Source of the DNA: Macrostomum lignano
Lineage: Eukaryota
Length of the DNA stretch: 64,000 nt
Assembly: GCA_002269645.1 (NCBI GenBank)
Contig: NIVC01000460.1
Coordinates: forward strand, 310,001 to 374,000
Direction: 5' to 3'
Shown: positions 1 to 12,371 of the stretch, piece by piece
Layout of the letters: every line of letters starts with the position of its first letter
How positions within the stretch are numbered: the first letter of the stretch is position 1
The notes under the pieces: generated by a model
What the model was told of the DNA's origin: nothing
Databases searched by the model: none
Seen by the model: the letters and a program-made list of their open reading frames with translations, nothing else
Made by a program: the position numbers and the translations under genes

Positions 1-1140
1 AGATCTCATCTCTCTCCTGTCTCATCTCTCTATCCTGTCTCATCTCTCCCCTGTCTCATCTCTCCCCTGTCTCATCTCTCCCCTGTCTCATCTCTCCCCT
101 GTCTCATCTCTCCCCTGTCTCATCTCTCCCCTGTCTCATCTCTCCCCTGTATCATCTCTCCCCTGTCTCATCTCTCCCCTTTCTCATCTCTCCCCTGTCT
201 CATCTCTCCCCTGTATCATCTCTCCCCTGTCTCATCTCTCCCCTGTCTCATCTCTCCCCTGTCTCATCTCTCCCCTGTCTCATCTCTCCCCTGTCTCATC
301 TCTCCCCGGTCTCATCTCTCCCCTGTCTCATCTCTCCCCTGTCTCATCTCTTCTGTGTCTCATCTCTCTCCTGTCTCATCTCTCTATCCTGTCTCATCTC
401 TCCCCGGTCTCATCTCTCCCCTGTCTCATCTCTCCCCTGTCTCATCTCTCCCCGGTCTCATCTCTCCCCGGTCTCATCTCTCCCCTGTCTCATCTCTCCC
501 CTGTCTCATCTCTCCCCTGTCTCATCTCTCCCCGGTCTCATCTCTCCCCTGTCTCATCTCTCCCCTGTCTCATCTCTCCCCTGTCTCATCTCTCCCCTGT
601 CTCATCTCTCCCCTGTCTCATCTCTCCCCTGTCTCATCTCTCCCCTGTCTCATCTCTCCCCTGTCTCATCTCTCCCCTGTCTCATCTCTCCCCTGTCTCA
701 TCTCTCCCCTGTCTCATCTCTCCCCTGTCTCATCTCTCCCCGGTCTCATCTCTCCCCTGTCTCATCTCTCCCCTGTCTCATCTCTCCCCTGTCTCATCTC
801 TCCCCTGTCTCATCTCTCCCCTGTCTCATCTCTCCCCTGTCTCATCTCTCCCCTGTCTCATCTCTCCCCTGTCTCATCTCTCCCCTGTCTCATCTCTCCC
901 CTGTCTCATCTCTCCCCTGTCTCATCTCTCCCCTGTCTCATCTCTCCCCTGTCTCATCTTTCCCCTGTCTCATCTTTCCCCTGTCTCATCTCTTCTGTGT
1001 CTCATCTCTCTCCTGTCTCATCTCTCTATCCTGTCTCATCTCTCCCCTGTCTCATCTCTCCCCGGTCTCATCTCTCCCCTGTCTCATCTCTCCCCGGTCT
1101 CATCTCTCCCTGGTCTCATCTCTCCCCTGTCTCATCTCTC
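1..1140. repeat. 16-bp minisatellite (CCCCTGTCTCATCTCT)n, runs off the window start
   Basis: Directly visible tandem unit. The ORF at 355-1245 is only its periodic translation. Confidence 0.97.
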
Positions 1141-3010
1141 GCGATTACGCGAGCAGACGCAGCGTCTCCCAGCCAGTTTACAGGACACAGATACGCAACC
1201 CGACAGACCTCGGGCAGACTACGGATTGTTCATTCGAGGGCGTAAATCAGGAAGACCCGTCGTCCACCTATAGGCTGGTTACAGTGGGCAACAACCTTAG
1301 AGCTTGGGACTGCCAAGCCATTTTGTCCGGGTTTTATACCAAGGAGGGAGAATATTTTACTAGCGAATGCTAACAGCGTTGGGTGGTGACTGATCGGTTG
1401 ACAGACTAGGCAATGTGTCCTGTGCTTGAGCTGAGTTTAATATTTAGAGTGGTCCAGTTCCACCTGTCGTAGCCCTTGAAGGTCCAGCAGTCCGTCAAGA
1501 TAAAGGTAGGTGACCACCGAAGACGGAGATTATGCAGGCACATTCGGGTGACATGCTGATAAATTTTGAAGGCCTGGTGTAGTGTGAGCATCTTTTGCGA
1601 TAGCCTTGTATTCTATTAGTTAGGTTTTGCATTATTGTTATTGAATTATTATTTTGCTTTAGTTTAGTCATACGTTTTTGGTGTACTTTTTCCTTGTTAG
1701 TTAGAATCAATTTTGCGTAAACAGGTTAGAGTTAGACGCCAATTTTGTGACTCAGCGGAGGGTTGAGTTTGTCTGCGAACCCCAGCTTTGCGCGGCCAGC
1801 CAATCAGAACCGGCCTGGACCCTGGCACGCGGCAAGTTTCAATTCTACCCGGCGCCGCGGGCACAGTACAATTCGGCTTAAGCGAGCGGCCGGCCAGACG
1901 ACCACCACCCGGCTTGAGGGGGTTTTGAGGGGTCGTGACTCTGACTATATATGAAAGTGTGTTTTGGCAATCGGATCTCGCTTGCTCCCTTTCCCCGGTT
2001 TTGCCTTGTCCAGTTCCCGGCCGGTGGCCTGTTTCCCCTCGATTCGCGCTTTGAGGCGTTTTGATTTCATCACCCCCGGTCCATATTTTTTGTTCCCGCC
2101 CAACCGCAGTAGTCTTGTGGCGTAACGTCTACGGCAAATTTCTGTCTGAAGTCGTCGCTATCAAGCGCGGTTAGATAGAGACTGTCGGATCTGATCAAGT
2201 ACGCGGCCTCGACCCCGAGGGCCTCAGTGTTACACTGAAGGGCAGTGCCGATAGAATTTAGTCGGTACTCCGTTGAACGGTCGATTCGGCAGGGCTCTCG
2301 TTTGAGTGTAGGTCTGGCTTAGGCCAGGGGTTAGGAGTCTTTCTCCGTGGTCCTGTGTTCGGTGCCTTCTCCTTCTTCTTCTTCAGCCGAGATCCGCTTG
2401 TCAGTGCGTAATATAATCATTATTAATCGTTATTATTCGTTATCATCAGTCTAATTATCTGCGTCGCGAATTGCTTGAATCCTGTAACTTGCGTAATCAA
2501 ATTAAACCGTCTAGCCAATTATCAGTTGTATCACATAGGATTATCACTCTCTAAATCTTTCGGTTTGTGTTCCCTCGTGTTCTTTCTTTTCTTGTACTGT
2601 ACCTGCGGCTATTGGAGAAAGACTGGTAGGACTCGCCGACCGGCGATAGGCGATTAGGATTAATAGCTTTAAAATCTCTGACGCTCCAAGTAGGTTTGTC
2701 TAGGGCCTAAATAATTGCTCACCGTGCATGCTATTATCTAATTGCCTTTTTATCACACTGGCAAGGCCGCACTGGGGCGCAGTGCTAGTTCGTGTGTAGG
2801 GGCGTATGAAATACACTAGCGCTTATAGGAAAAACCCCACCTTCGGCCAGAACCAATGAATATCTCGACGGTCTCAAGAGCTGGCGACTTGATTCTTGTT
2901 TCAGAAGATGCGCAACAAAAATTTGGCCCGTGTTCTTGAGTTTCGTTTGCTGGCGTTGCTCCGTTCGGGTGCTGCATAAAAATTTGTCTGGGGGGTGGGG
3001 GGAGAAATCC
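1141..3010 (+). mobile_element. Probable internally deleted LTR-retrotransposon remnant (BEL/Pao-like)
   Basis: CCAAT- and TATA-like motifs at about 1800-1955. ...ATCACA is followed by a TGG PBS-like site at 2759. A frameshifted peptide GDLILVSED...LARVLE (2883-2940) resembles the BEL/Pao integrase C-terminal segment, followed by a G-rich polypurine tract (2990-3006). No second LTR is seen and the left boundary is uncertain. Confidence 0.35.
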
Positions 3011-3211
3011 CCCATTGGTATTTCTACTGTTAAATGGCAATAGCCGTAGAGCCAGAAGCTGCAGCAACTTGTCCTATGACTGCTTAATTGTCTTTTACTG
3101 AATTGTCTTTTCCGCGCCTAAGACAGCTGAAACCCGATCCATAGGACTCCTCTCAGTCAATGCTCCTTGAGCGGGTCTGCAGTAGTGTCACAGTTTTGTT
3201 TTTATTTCTAG

Positions 3212-3452
3212 AAAAAAAGACTAAACGAGTTGGAGAGACGACGAGGAAGTCCAGTCTTCGATACTACTCTACTGGGTGCCCCAGCTATTGTGCCGAGCTG
3301 CTGCCCGCTGGCTTGCATCAGAGGGACTGACCGTCTCCGACCGTCCTCTCTCCGGTGCTGCAGCCGTGAGTGAAGATTCAGCTGTCCCGCACTGCGAAAT
3401 GCTTGGCCAATGCAAACAAGCAAAATTTGCTTGGCCACTGCTGACAGCTAAT
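3212..3452 (+). pseudogene. Array unit 1: degenerate exon of the unidentified N-terminal region
   Basis: Shares ACTACTCTACTG (TTLL) and LASE with 11130-11200. Ends ...LLTAN|GTGAGT, matching ...LLTAH|GTGAGT at 16393. Confidence 0.45.
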
Positions 3453-3629
3453 GTGAGTGGACTGCTCTCCTGACTACCTGCCTTTGGTGATAGAGGTCTC
3501 AGGGACAATTTTCTTTGTTCTAGTACACAGCACATGCCTTATATTGGAGTGTCCTGTGTGCTGCTACAGAATTGAAAATTCGGAATATCGGAAAAGGTAC
3601 CAGCAGTTCCAGGTTTCCTGTTCCAAAGA

Positions 3630-4060
3630 CTGGGATCAGGGACTCATCTCTCATCTCTCCCCTGTCTCATCTCTCTCTCCCCTGGGATCAGGGACTCATC
3701 TCTTATCTCTCCCCTGTCTCATCTCTCTCTCCCCTGGGATCAGGGACTCATCTCTCATCTCTCCCCTGTCTCATCTCTCTCTCCCCTGGGATCAGGGACT
3801 CATCTCTCATCTCTCCCCTGTCTCATCTCTCCCCTGGGATCAGGGACTCATCTCTCATCTCTCCCCTGTCTCATCTCTCCCCTGGGATCAGGAACTCATC
3901 TCTCATCTCTCCCCTGTCTCATCTCTCCCCTGGGATCAGGGACTCATCTCTCATCTCTCCCCTGTCTCATCTCTCCCCTGGGATCAGGGACTCATCTCTC
4001 ATCTCTCCCCTGTCTCATCTCTCCCCTGGGATCAGGGACTCATCTCTCATCTCTCCCCAG
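3630..4060. repeat. 48-bp chimeric minisatellite (CTGGGATCAGGGA joined to CTCATCTCTCCCCTGT-type units)
   Basis: CTGGGAT recurs at 3834 and 3882 (48-bp period). The unit combines the two neighbouring repeat families. Confidence 0.9.
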
Positions 4061-4064
4061 CCCA

Positions 4065-4295
4065 GTGGGATCAGGGGCTGGGATCAGGGACTGGGGTCAG
4101 CAGGGACTGGGATCAGGTACTGGGGTCAGGGGCTGGGATCAGGGGCTGGGATCAGGGGCTGGGATCAGGGGCTGGGATCTGGGGCTGATATCAGGTGCTG
4201 GGATCAGGGGCTGGAATCAGGGGCTGGGATCTGGGGCTGATATCAGGTGCTGGGATCAGGGGCTGGGATCAGGGGCTGGGATCAGGGGCTGGGAT
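4065..4295. repeat. 13-bp minisatellite (CAGGGGCTGGGAT)n, left part
   Basis: Tandem unit visible. It continues at 5590-5970 after a transposon insertion. Confidence 0.93.
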
Positions 4296-5589
4296 TAGGG
4301 GTGTTCGGGTCGGCCATTTTTTCGGGGTTCGGGGTTTACCCCGAAACCGGTACCCCTACCCCGAACCCCGAACCCCGTCCCGAACATTTCTTCTAACCCC
4401 GAACCCCGAACCCCAAACCCGGTACCAAAACCCGACCCGACCCCGAACGTAACCCCGAACATTTTCACGCTTATTTTGGTCAATCATTTTAATAAATTCA
4501 GTTTTCAGTTTTCAATTTTTCAGTTTTCAGTTTTGAATTTCAGTTTTAAATTCAGTTTTATATATTGAGATGTGCCTTAACAGCTTCAACCACTTAGCCT
4601 TGTGGTTTTATTTCCCTTAGCTACTCTACAACTAGGAAAAGAAATATGAAACACTTCTTGCAATGGTATTGGGATTGAGATGGAAGGATTACCAAGACCC
4701 AAGATCTAATAGTAAGATACATGAAAGTTCACAACTAAAATCAGGACCATTTCGTACCTATACTTACAACGAAATTGCTTTCATAGTAATATTACATCTA
4801 TGAGTTTATTTAAGCTGCAAAAATAGAGTACAATAAAATTAGATTATACCCTGTAGTGTAGATATCAGTAGAGATAGAACGATAAAGAGATGGCACAGAT
4901 AAAACAATGAAACAATGAAACGGGAGAGTTAATCACAAATATATATTTATTTTTACTTTTGACTACAGTTAACAGTAAGTCAGTAGTGGTATAACAGAAT
5001 TGCTATGTAAAAACTAAAGTGACGTCTTTACATAAAATTGTATGCTGATATGAGTAGGTAATCATTGTGATAATTGATTATTGGCGACTGATGCGTGGAG
5101 AATAATGGTGTATTTATAAATTTTAAGCTTCCTCATCCAATCCAGAAGTTCAGACCATGTTACACGTAGCACATGTAAAATTATTACTGAACGTAATTTT
5201 TTTAATCATCAACTGCAAGACTGAATGGGTCGAAAAACGTCAATCGTTATTTACCAGAAAGTGTAAATGAATCCATGGTTCTATCTGCTATTTCCGTTTC
5301 AAATTGTATGTAAAATATAACTTAATTTGTACCTGAAACTCAATGCATATCTTTCGCATTGTGGATTTTGCATAAGGAGCAAAAAGTGCTTGAAAATACT
5401 CTTGAGAATGATAATTGTTCAAAACCCCGAAAACCCCGAAAACCCGGTGGCCAAACCCGACCCGAACCCCGAACCCGGTACCCCTACCCCGAACCCCGAA
5501 CCCGACCCGGAACACCTACCCCGAACCCCGAACCCGGTACCAAAACCCGACCCGAAACCCGACCCGACCCCGAACCCCGAACACCCCTA
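4296..5589. mobile_element. Non-autonomous hAT-type DNA transposon (1294 bp)
   Basis: 14-bp TIR TAGGGGTGTTCGGG/CCCGAACACCCCTA. 8-bp direct repeat GCTGGGAT at 4288-4295 and 5590-5597. Subterminal CCCGAA repeats at both ends; AT-rich interior with no transposase ORF. Confidence 0.85.
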
Positions 5590-5970
5590 GCTGGGATCAG
5601 GGGCTGGGATCAGGGGCTGGGATCAGGGGCTGGGATCAGGGGCTGGGATCAGGGGCTGGGATCAGGGGCTGGGATCAGGGGCTGGGATCAGGGGCTGGGA
5701 TCAGGGGCTGGGATCAGGGGCTGGGATCAGGGGCTGGGATCAGGGGCTGGGATCAGGGGCTGGGATCAGGGGCTGGGATCAGGGGCTGGGATCAGGGGCT
5801 GGGATCTGGGGCTGATATCAGGTGCTGGGATCAGGTGCTGGGATCAGGGGCTGGGATCAGGGGCTGGGATCAGGGGCTGGGATCAGGGGCTGGGATCAGG
5901 GGCTGGGATCAGGGGCTGGGATCAGGGGCTGGGATCAGGGGCTGGGATCAGGGGCTGGGATCAGGGACTC
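5590..5970. repeat. 13-bp minisatellite (CAGGGGCTGGGAT)n, right part
   Basis: Tandem unit visible. Confidence 0.95.
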
Positions 5971-5996
5971 CCTGGGATCAGGGAATGGGGTCAGGG

Positions 5997-6853
5997 ACTG
6001 CTTGAATGTGGCGGCAAATGAGGAGGGGAGTGAGGCCACTCGGGCAACAGTTGCAACAGTTAAAGAAAAATGGCAAAAGACAGCAAAAGAAGCAAAAGAA
6101 GCAAATGGCAAAAGAAGCAGCAAAACTTGCTACACAGCATTCTGAGACTGCAATGCGAGAGGCGATGGAGGCAGCAGAACTGACACCTGATAAAGTACAA
6201 CCCAGCATAGTCACGATTTCTGAGATGAGCGGAATCCCGGCGCTAGACAATTTTCATTAAAAATTAGGAGAGAACTGGCGGATTCTTTCAATTCCTCAGA
6301 TAGAATAGTCACAGCCTACAACAGCCATGTCTGGGAATTACAAGAAATACAAGGAAGAGATTGCATCATATCCGTCAATGGCCGCTATCTCTTGACGAAG
6401 CTCAAGATGAAAACAAACGGAATGCTCTCGGCCTACTTTTCCGTGCGTCTGCCACATAAGGCGAACAAGAAAAAAAAGACTGAAGTTTGCGGATTCATAA
6501 AAAAGGCGATTAAGGAATGTTGTACTGATGCGCACTTGGTAATGATCGCTGGCGATTGGAACATGGAGCCAGTCAAAATAAGAAACTTTCTCGCCGACAT
6601 ATCGCCCCAGCTGGCTTTCCAAGTTGGTCGAACAAACGATTTAAGAAGCAAAAAAGGCTGACTGATCGACAACTTTGCACTGATTGATCAGCGACCCAAT
6701 AGAACGGCCAGCTTCGGCGCGAAGAGGATAATGAATGAGATGCAAGTCGAGAAAGTCACGACTCATGCTCCGATCTGGGCAGAGAGAGGTTCGACTCACC
6801 CCGAGCAGAGAGGAATGAACTCTCAAGAGTCTAGCAGATGCAATCGAGAATAG
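5997..6853 (+). pseudogene. Array unit 1: Ala/Lys-rich helical segment plus C-terminal EEP (endonuclease/exonuclease/phosphatase) domain, disrupted
   Basis: Motifs QPSIVTISE, AGDWN (6551), IDNF and TTHAPIW (6758). Disruptions: TAA at 6258, a frameshift near 6285, TGA at 6659, and a frameshift in the helical part. Confidence 0.75.
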
Positions 6854-7544
6854 AAACTGACACGGTTTTAATCATTAGTATTGTTTGTTAGGAACTATTT
6901 ATCAATATTTATCGACTTGACCTAAGCTTTCCTTAGAAATATCAATGACAGGCAAAAGGATTATTTCAATGGCTGTTGAGTTTTATATCTTTTTCTGATG
7001 ATCCGCCAATGATACTCCCACATCATTTCATCTCATTTCTTAATTTTATTCCAGTGGCATGCCAAATTTAAGGGTAATTTCCTTGTACGCGAAATTGTTT
7101 CTTGCCTTATGCCTTAGTGATGCCTTAGTGATTTTATTTCTTGTGCGATTCTGTTGCAGAGGAAATCAATACTAAACAGAACCTACGTGCCTGCCTGCCT
7201 CACTGCTTTCTAGGGCAGTGGTAAACATGAAACCTTCTTTGTTCTTTGCATTTGAGCTCAACTCATTGAGAATTTGTAACTAAAGAAAATAAGCATGATG
7301 CATATACAAACCTTAAAATGCTTACACATTGCCAACACGGACTACTTAATTGTCGTTTATTGTCTACTTAAGTAGTCCGTGATTGCCAAGTACACATGCG
7401 TGTGTAATATTAAATGTACTCATAATGGCCATTACATTAGCCTCCAAGTGGCGTGCCAGAGCCCGACATTGCAGAAAAAGAGAAAATTGGTCCCATATTC
7501 TCGCCAGCAGAGTTCCCACCCCCAACAGTAATCCCATCCTGTCA

Positions 7545-8350
7545 GTAGGAATCAAATTTCTCTACATAAATCCCATCATATTCACAGAAATCCCATCCCA
7601 TCAGCAGAAATCCCATCCTCTCAACATAAATCCCATCCCATCAGCAGAAATCCCATCCTATCAGCAGAAATCCCATCCAATCAGCAGAAATCCAATCCCA
7701 TCTACAGAAATCCCATCCCATCTACAGAAATCCCATCCCATCTACAGAAATCCCATCCCATCTACAGAAATCCCATCCCATCAGCAGAAATCCCATCCTA
7801 TCAGCAGAAATCCCATCCCATCAGCAGAAATCCCATCCTATCAACATAAATCCCATTCCATCTACAGAAATCCCATCCCATCTACAGAAATCCCATCCCA
7901 TCAGCAGAAATCCCATTCCATCTACAGAAATCCCATCCCATCAGCAGAAATCCCATCCTATCAGCAGAAATCCCATCCCATCAGCAGAAATCCCATCCTA
8001 TCAACATAAATCCCATTCCATCTACAGAAATCCCATCCCATCAGCAGAAATCCCATCCTATCAACATAAATTCCATCCCATCAGCAGAAATCCCATCCTA
8101 TCAGCAGAAATCCCATCCCATCAGCAGAAATCCCATCCTATCAACATAAATCCCATTCCATCTACAGAAATCCCATCCCATCAGCAGAAATCCCATCCTA
8201 TCAACATAAATCCCATTCCATCTACAGAAATCCCATCCCATCAGCAGAAATCCCATTCCATCTACAGAAATCCTATCCCATCAGCAGAAATCCCATTCCA
8301 TCTACAGAAATCCCATCCCATCAGCAGAAATTCCATCCGATCTACAGAAA
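7545..8350. repeat. 20-bp minisatellite (TCAGCAGAAATCCCATCCCA)n with variants
   Basis: Tandem unit visible. Confidence 0.95.
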
Positions 8351-8409
8351 TGCTGTTAAAAGGAAGTCCTAAACTCCTGATGGGATGCCATATTCCATAC
8401 TCAAAATGG

Positions 8410-8545
8410 CATAAATGGCACTCAGTATACGCCATACTCATACTTTTCTGACCGCCGTATAATGACAGAGCTGCGAAACGTATGGACAACGCATACTCCG
8501 ATCAGGGCGGTGGTTCGACTTCCTGCAATGATGCCTGAGTCGCCT
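8410..8545 (+). pseudogene. Fragment of the EEP C-terminus from another paralogue
   Basis: RIMTELRNVWTTHTPIRAVVRLP aligns with WIMNEMQVEKYTTHAPIWAEVRLT at 14461-14535. Confidence 0.65.
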
Positions 8546-8559
8546 TACATTCAGGAACT

Positions 8560-9684
8560 ATGCTATCAGTTAGAGAGAAGCACATTTATAATCAGGATCT
8601 GCAGCAGAATTATTTGGATGGCCAGTACTCGCAGTCTGGGCACCCGGCACACATCTCAAAGCTATCCATCACAGAATCAGTTCTACGGAGGACGGCTTTT
8701 AACCTGCCTGGCCTGACTACCTTGTCTCATCTCTCTACTGTCTCATCTCTATCCAGTCTCATCTCTCTATCCTGTCTCATCTCTCTATCCTGTCTCATCC
8801 CTCCCCTATCTCATCTCTCTATCCTGTCTCATCTCTCCCCTATCTCATCTCTCTATCCTTTCTCATCTCTCCCCTATCTCATCTCTCTATCCTTTCTCAT
8901 CTCTCCCCTATCTCATCTCTCTATCCTGTCTCATGAGACATCCAATGCGGTCCACTGTCATTTTTTGGATCCTCTCTTTGGCCCGCGAGCTGTGTGTCGA
9001 GATTGCTCGCAAATGTACGAATATATGGGATGAGACAACTTTGTGGCTTCATTTGAAAACCTCAAAGGAAAGAGTCTTCCCGGTGGGCTGATTGAAATAG
9101 CCTTTGCGGCGGCAACGCAGGCATCAGCGAGAGCTTTAGACGCGGTGATTTTGCTGACACCGAATGGATTGCAGCCGGCACGTGCAGCAACGACATTGAT
9201 GGAGCGAATTGATGAGGCAATCAATGCGGTAACGACTTTGATGGAGCTAACTAATGCGGCGATGAGTTTTCACGAATCTTTGAATCAGTCAAAAGATGCG
9301 GCAAATAAATCTCTGCAATTCATGAATGAGACGAAGGTTACGGTATTCATGCTTGAGAATGTTCAAGATGCCGAGAGAGCATCAATACGAAGTATAGAAC
9401 TTATTGTCGACGGATCGATGCGTCAGGCACGTGTTGAGGTAATAAAATCCCAGGAGTCTATGAGTAAGGCAGGGAGTTGTCTGGAGCTTATCAGGAACAT
9501 AATAAATAAGGAAAACTTTTTTGAGGAGTCAACGAAAACAGAAAAATGGGCGAAAAGCGCGGATTCTCAGGCGGTTTCAATAGATGAAAGGTACAGGGAG
9601 GCAATGGTTGCGGCTGAGACTGCAGTTACGCATTTTCAGCCGGAAATAACGGCGAAATATACTCGTATAATTTTTTTTAACTAA
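8560..9684 (+). pseudogene. Array unit 2: N-terminal region (HIYN...ITES...VCRDC) plus PGGLIEIA helical segment, lacking the EEP C-half
   Basis: ORFs 8560-9033 and 9043-9684 share one frame, split by a single TGA. PGGLIEIAFAAATQA matches PSGLVEITFSAATQA (17149) and AGGLREIAKLAAAQA (about 12475). A minisatellite sits at 8720-8935. Confidence 0.6.
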
Positions 9685-10029
9685 CTCATTAATTAGGTTG
9701 CGGTAAACGCATATCATCAACGTGTTTTGATTGTGTGCAGCAAATTAAACTCAAGTGTGTTCTTCTACATTAGTTCAGATTAATGGATACCTGAATGACA
9801 TCAAAGCCATTGGATGGGTGCTTAATCAAGTGTCATAGAACATAGTCTCCTGCCAGGAGAGAGATGAGACAGGATAGACATGACATAGACATAGTCTCGT
9901 GCCTCATCTCTCTCCTGTCTCATCTCTACGCTACATGTAGCGGTTTTGTTGGAATCAAAGCAATGAAAGTCGTTAGTCGATCTTTCTCAGTGCCTCTCCT
10001 AATGTTAGTGCAGTAACTGCCTCTCTACA

Positions 10030-10640
10030 GTTACACGTTACAGGAGAGATGAGACAGGGGATGTGAGACAGGAGAGAGATGAAACAGGAGAGAGATGAGA
10101 CAGGAGAGAGATGAAACAGGAGAGAGATGAGACAGGAGAGAGATGAGACAGAACAGAAGAGATGAGACAGGATAGAGAGATGAGACAGGAGAGAGATGAG
10201 ACAGGAGAGAGATGAGACACAGAAGAGATGATACAGGAGAGAGATGAGACAGGAGAGAGATGAGACAGGAGAGAGATGAGACAGGAGAGAGATGAGACAG
10301 GAGAGAGATGAGACAGGAGAGAGATGAGACAGGAGAGAGATGAGACAGGAGAGAGATGAGACAGGAGAGAGATGAGACAGGAGAGAGATGAGACAGGAGA
10401 GAGATGAGACAGGAGAGAGATGAGACAGGAGAGAGATGAGACAGGAGAGAGATGAGACAGGAGAGAGATGAGACAGGAGAGAGATGAGACAGGAGAGAGA
10501 TGAGACAGGAGAGAGATGAGACAGGAGAGAGATGAGACAGGAGAGAGATGAGACAGGAGAGAGATGAGACAGGAGAGAGATGAGACAGGAGAGAGATGAG
10601 ACACAGAAGAGATAAGACAGGAGAGAGATGAGATAGGACG
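10030..10640. repeat. 16-bp minisatellite (ACAGGAGAGAGATGAG)n, reverse-oriented relative of the 1-1140 family
   Basis: Tandem unit visible. Confidence 0.96.
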
Positions 10641-10699
10641 GAGATGAGTTACAATACGTGGGTGCTAGGTAAAGCAGTCTACCTGAGAAGCCCGGCTCT

Positions 10700-11269
10700 C
10701 CCAGCAGCCGTACATTTATAATCATGTTGCAAACGAATATGGCAATCTTCAACTACTTTGCAATCGTCATGCATGCATGAGTGTGAAAGAGTGGCGAGTC
10801 ACCGAGAGTGAAAGTTTAATTCTTGGAGCCAGAATTAGCACTTGCATGCGCAAAGGTAAAAGTTCAGTCCTCCAAGTGCAATTCTCGCAGACCTGTGCCC
10901 ATCAGCTGGTGTTGCCGTCAGCAGTTCTATCGCCGACCTATGCTCGCCCTTGGAGTCCAGCAGTCCATGTTCAGGCTGGTTTGACTCGCCTTATCATACG
11001 ACCACCCTTGCGCCCTCAAGTGTTTTTTCGCTCGGTTGCCTCGGTGTAGGGCTGTTGGGTCGCTTCAGGTATTCACGTGGTGGACTCTGGGCTGACCACT
11101 GCACTAAATACTGCGTATTGAAGTGCGCACTACTCTACTGTTTTGTAAGTAGTGCATCGCGAATATTCACACGACGATTGCTGAGTTGCTGGCCAGCGAG
11201 TCAAGGTGAGCCACTGTGACGCAGATGCAGCTGGGCAAGATTGCTTTTGAGCTGCGTTTCGGGCTCAAC
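10700..11269 (+). pseudogene. Array unit 3: degenerate N-terminal region
   Basis: YIYNH...RVTESESLILG resembles HIYNQ...SITES (unit 2) and ESIVLG (unit 4). TTLL...LASE...KIAF resembles unit 1. Ends at a GTGAGT donor; multiple stops. Confidence 0.45.
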
Positions 11270-11354
11270 GTGAGTTCCTCAGTCCAGCGGATTTTTATTT
11301 AGAGCGCGGACTTGTTGCTTTCCGAACGAAAATCGGCAACAACAGCCAGAACAA

Positions 11355-11600
11355 AGCTGACAAACAACATGGAACTGGGGTCAGTGACTGGGGTCAGTGA
11401 CTGGGGTCAGTGACTGGGGTCAGTGACTGGGGTCAGTGACTGGGGTCAGTGACTGGGGTCAGTGACTGGGGTCAGTGACTGGGGTCAGTGACTGGGGTCA
11501 GTGACTGGGGTCAGTGACTGGGGTCAGTGACTGGGGTCAGTGACTGGGGTCAGTGACTGGGGTCAGTGACTGGGGTCAGTGACTGGGGTCAGTGACTGGG
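11355..11600. repeat. 13-bp minisatellite (CTGGGGTCAGTGA)n
   Basis: Tandem unit visible. Confidence 0.95.
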
Positions 11601-11714
11601 TCAGTGGCCATGAGGTCAGGGACAGTCGTCAGGGACTGGGTCAGGGATTGGGGTCAGGGACTGGGGTGAGGACCTGAGTGAGGGATGTGGGTCAGGGACT
11701 GAGGTCAGGAACTG

Positions 11715-12275
11715 GGTCAGGGACTGGGATCAGTGGCCAGAAGATCAGGGACTGGGATCAGTGGCCAGAAGATCAGGGACTGGGATCAGTGGCCAGAAGA
11801 TCAGGGACTGGGATCAGTGGCCAAAAGATCAGGGACTGGGATCAGTGGCCAAAAGATCAGGGACTGGGATCAGTGGCCAGAAGATCAGGGACTGGGATCA
11901 GTGGCCAGAAGATCAGGGACTGGGATCAGTGGCCAGAAGATCAGGGACTGGGATCAGTGGCCAGAAGATCAGGGACTGGGATCAGTGGCCAAAAGATCAG
12001 GGACTGGGATCAGTGGCCAGAAGATCAGGGACTGGGATCAGTGGCCAAAAGATCAGGGACTGGGATCAGTGGCCAGAAGATCAGGGACTGGGATCAGTGG
12101 CCAGAAGATCAGGGACTGGGATCAGTGGCCAGAAGATCAGGGACTGGGATCAGTGGCCAGAAGATCAGGGACTGGGATCAGTGGCCAGAAGATCAGGGAC
12201 TGGGATCAGTGGCCAGAAGATCAGGGACTGGGATCAGTGGCCAGAAGATCAGGGACTGGGATCAGTGGCCAGATC
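11715..12275. repeat. 28-bp minisatellite (GGGACTGGGATCAGTGGCCAGAAGATCA)n
   Basis: Tandem unit visible. Confidence 0.95.
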
Positions 12276-12371
12276 AGGGACTGGGGTCAGGGACTGGGGT
12301 CAGGGTCTGGGGTCAGTGGCCATGAGATCAGGAACTATCTGACTGTGACCCGCATTTTTATCACCCCCCAG

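Noticed and set aside
12339-12371. Conserved peptide LTVTRIFIT in a +1-shifted frame, suggesting programmed frameshifting
   Set aside because: The conserved bases are better explained as a branch point (CTGAC/CTAAC), pyrimidine tract and AG acceptor.
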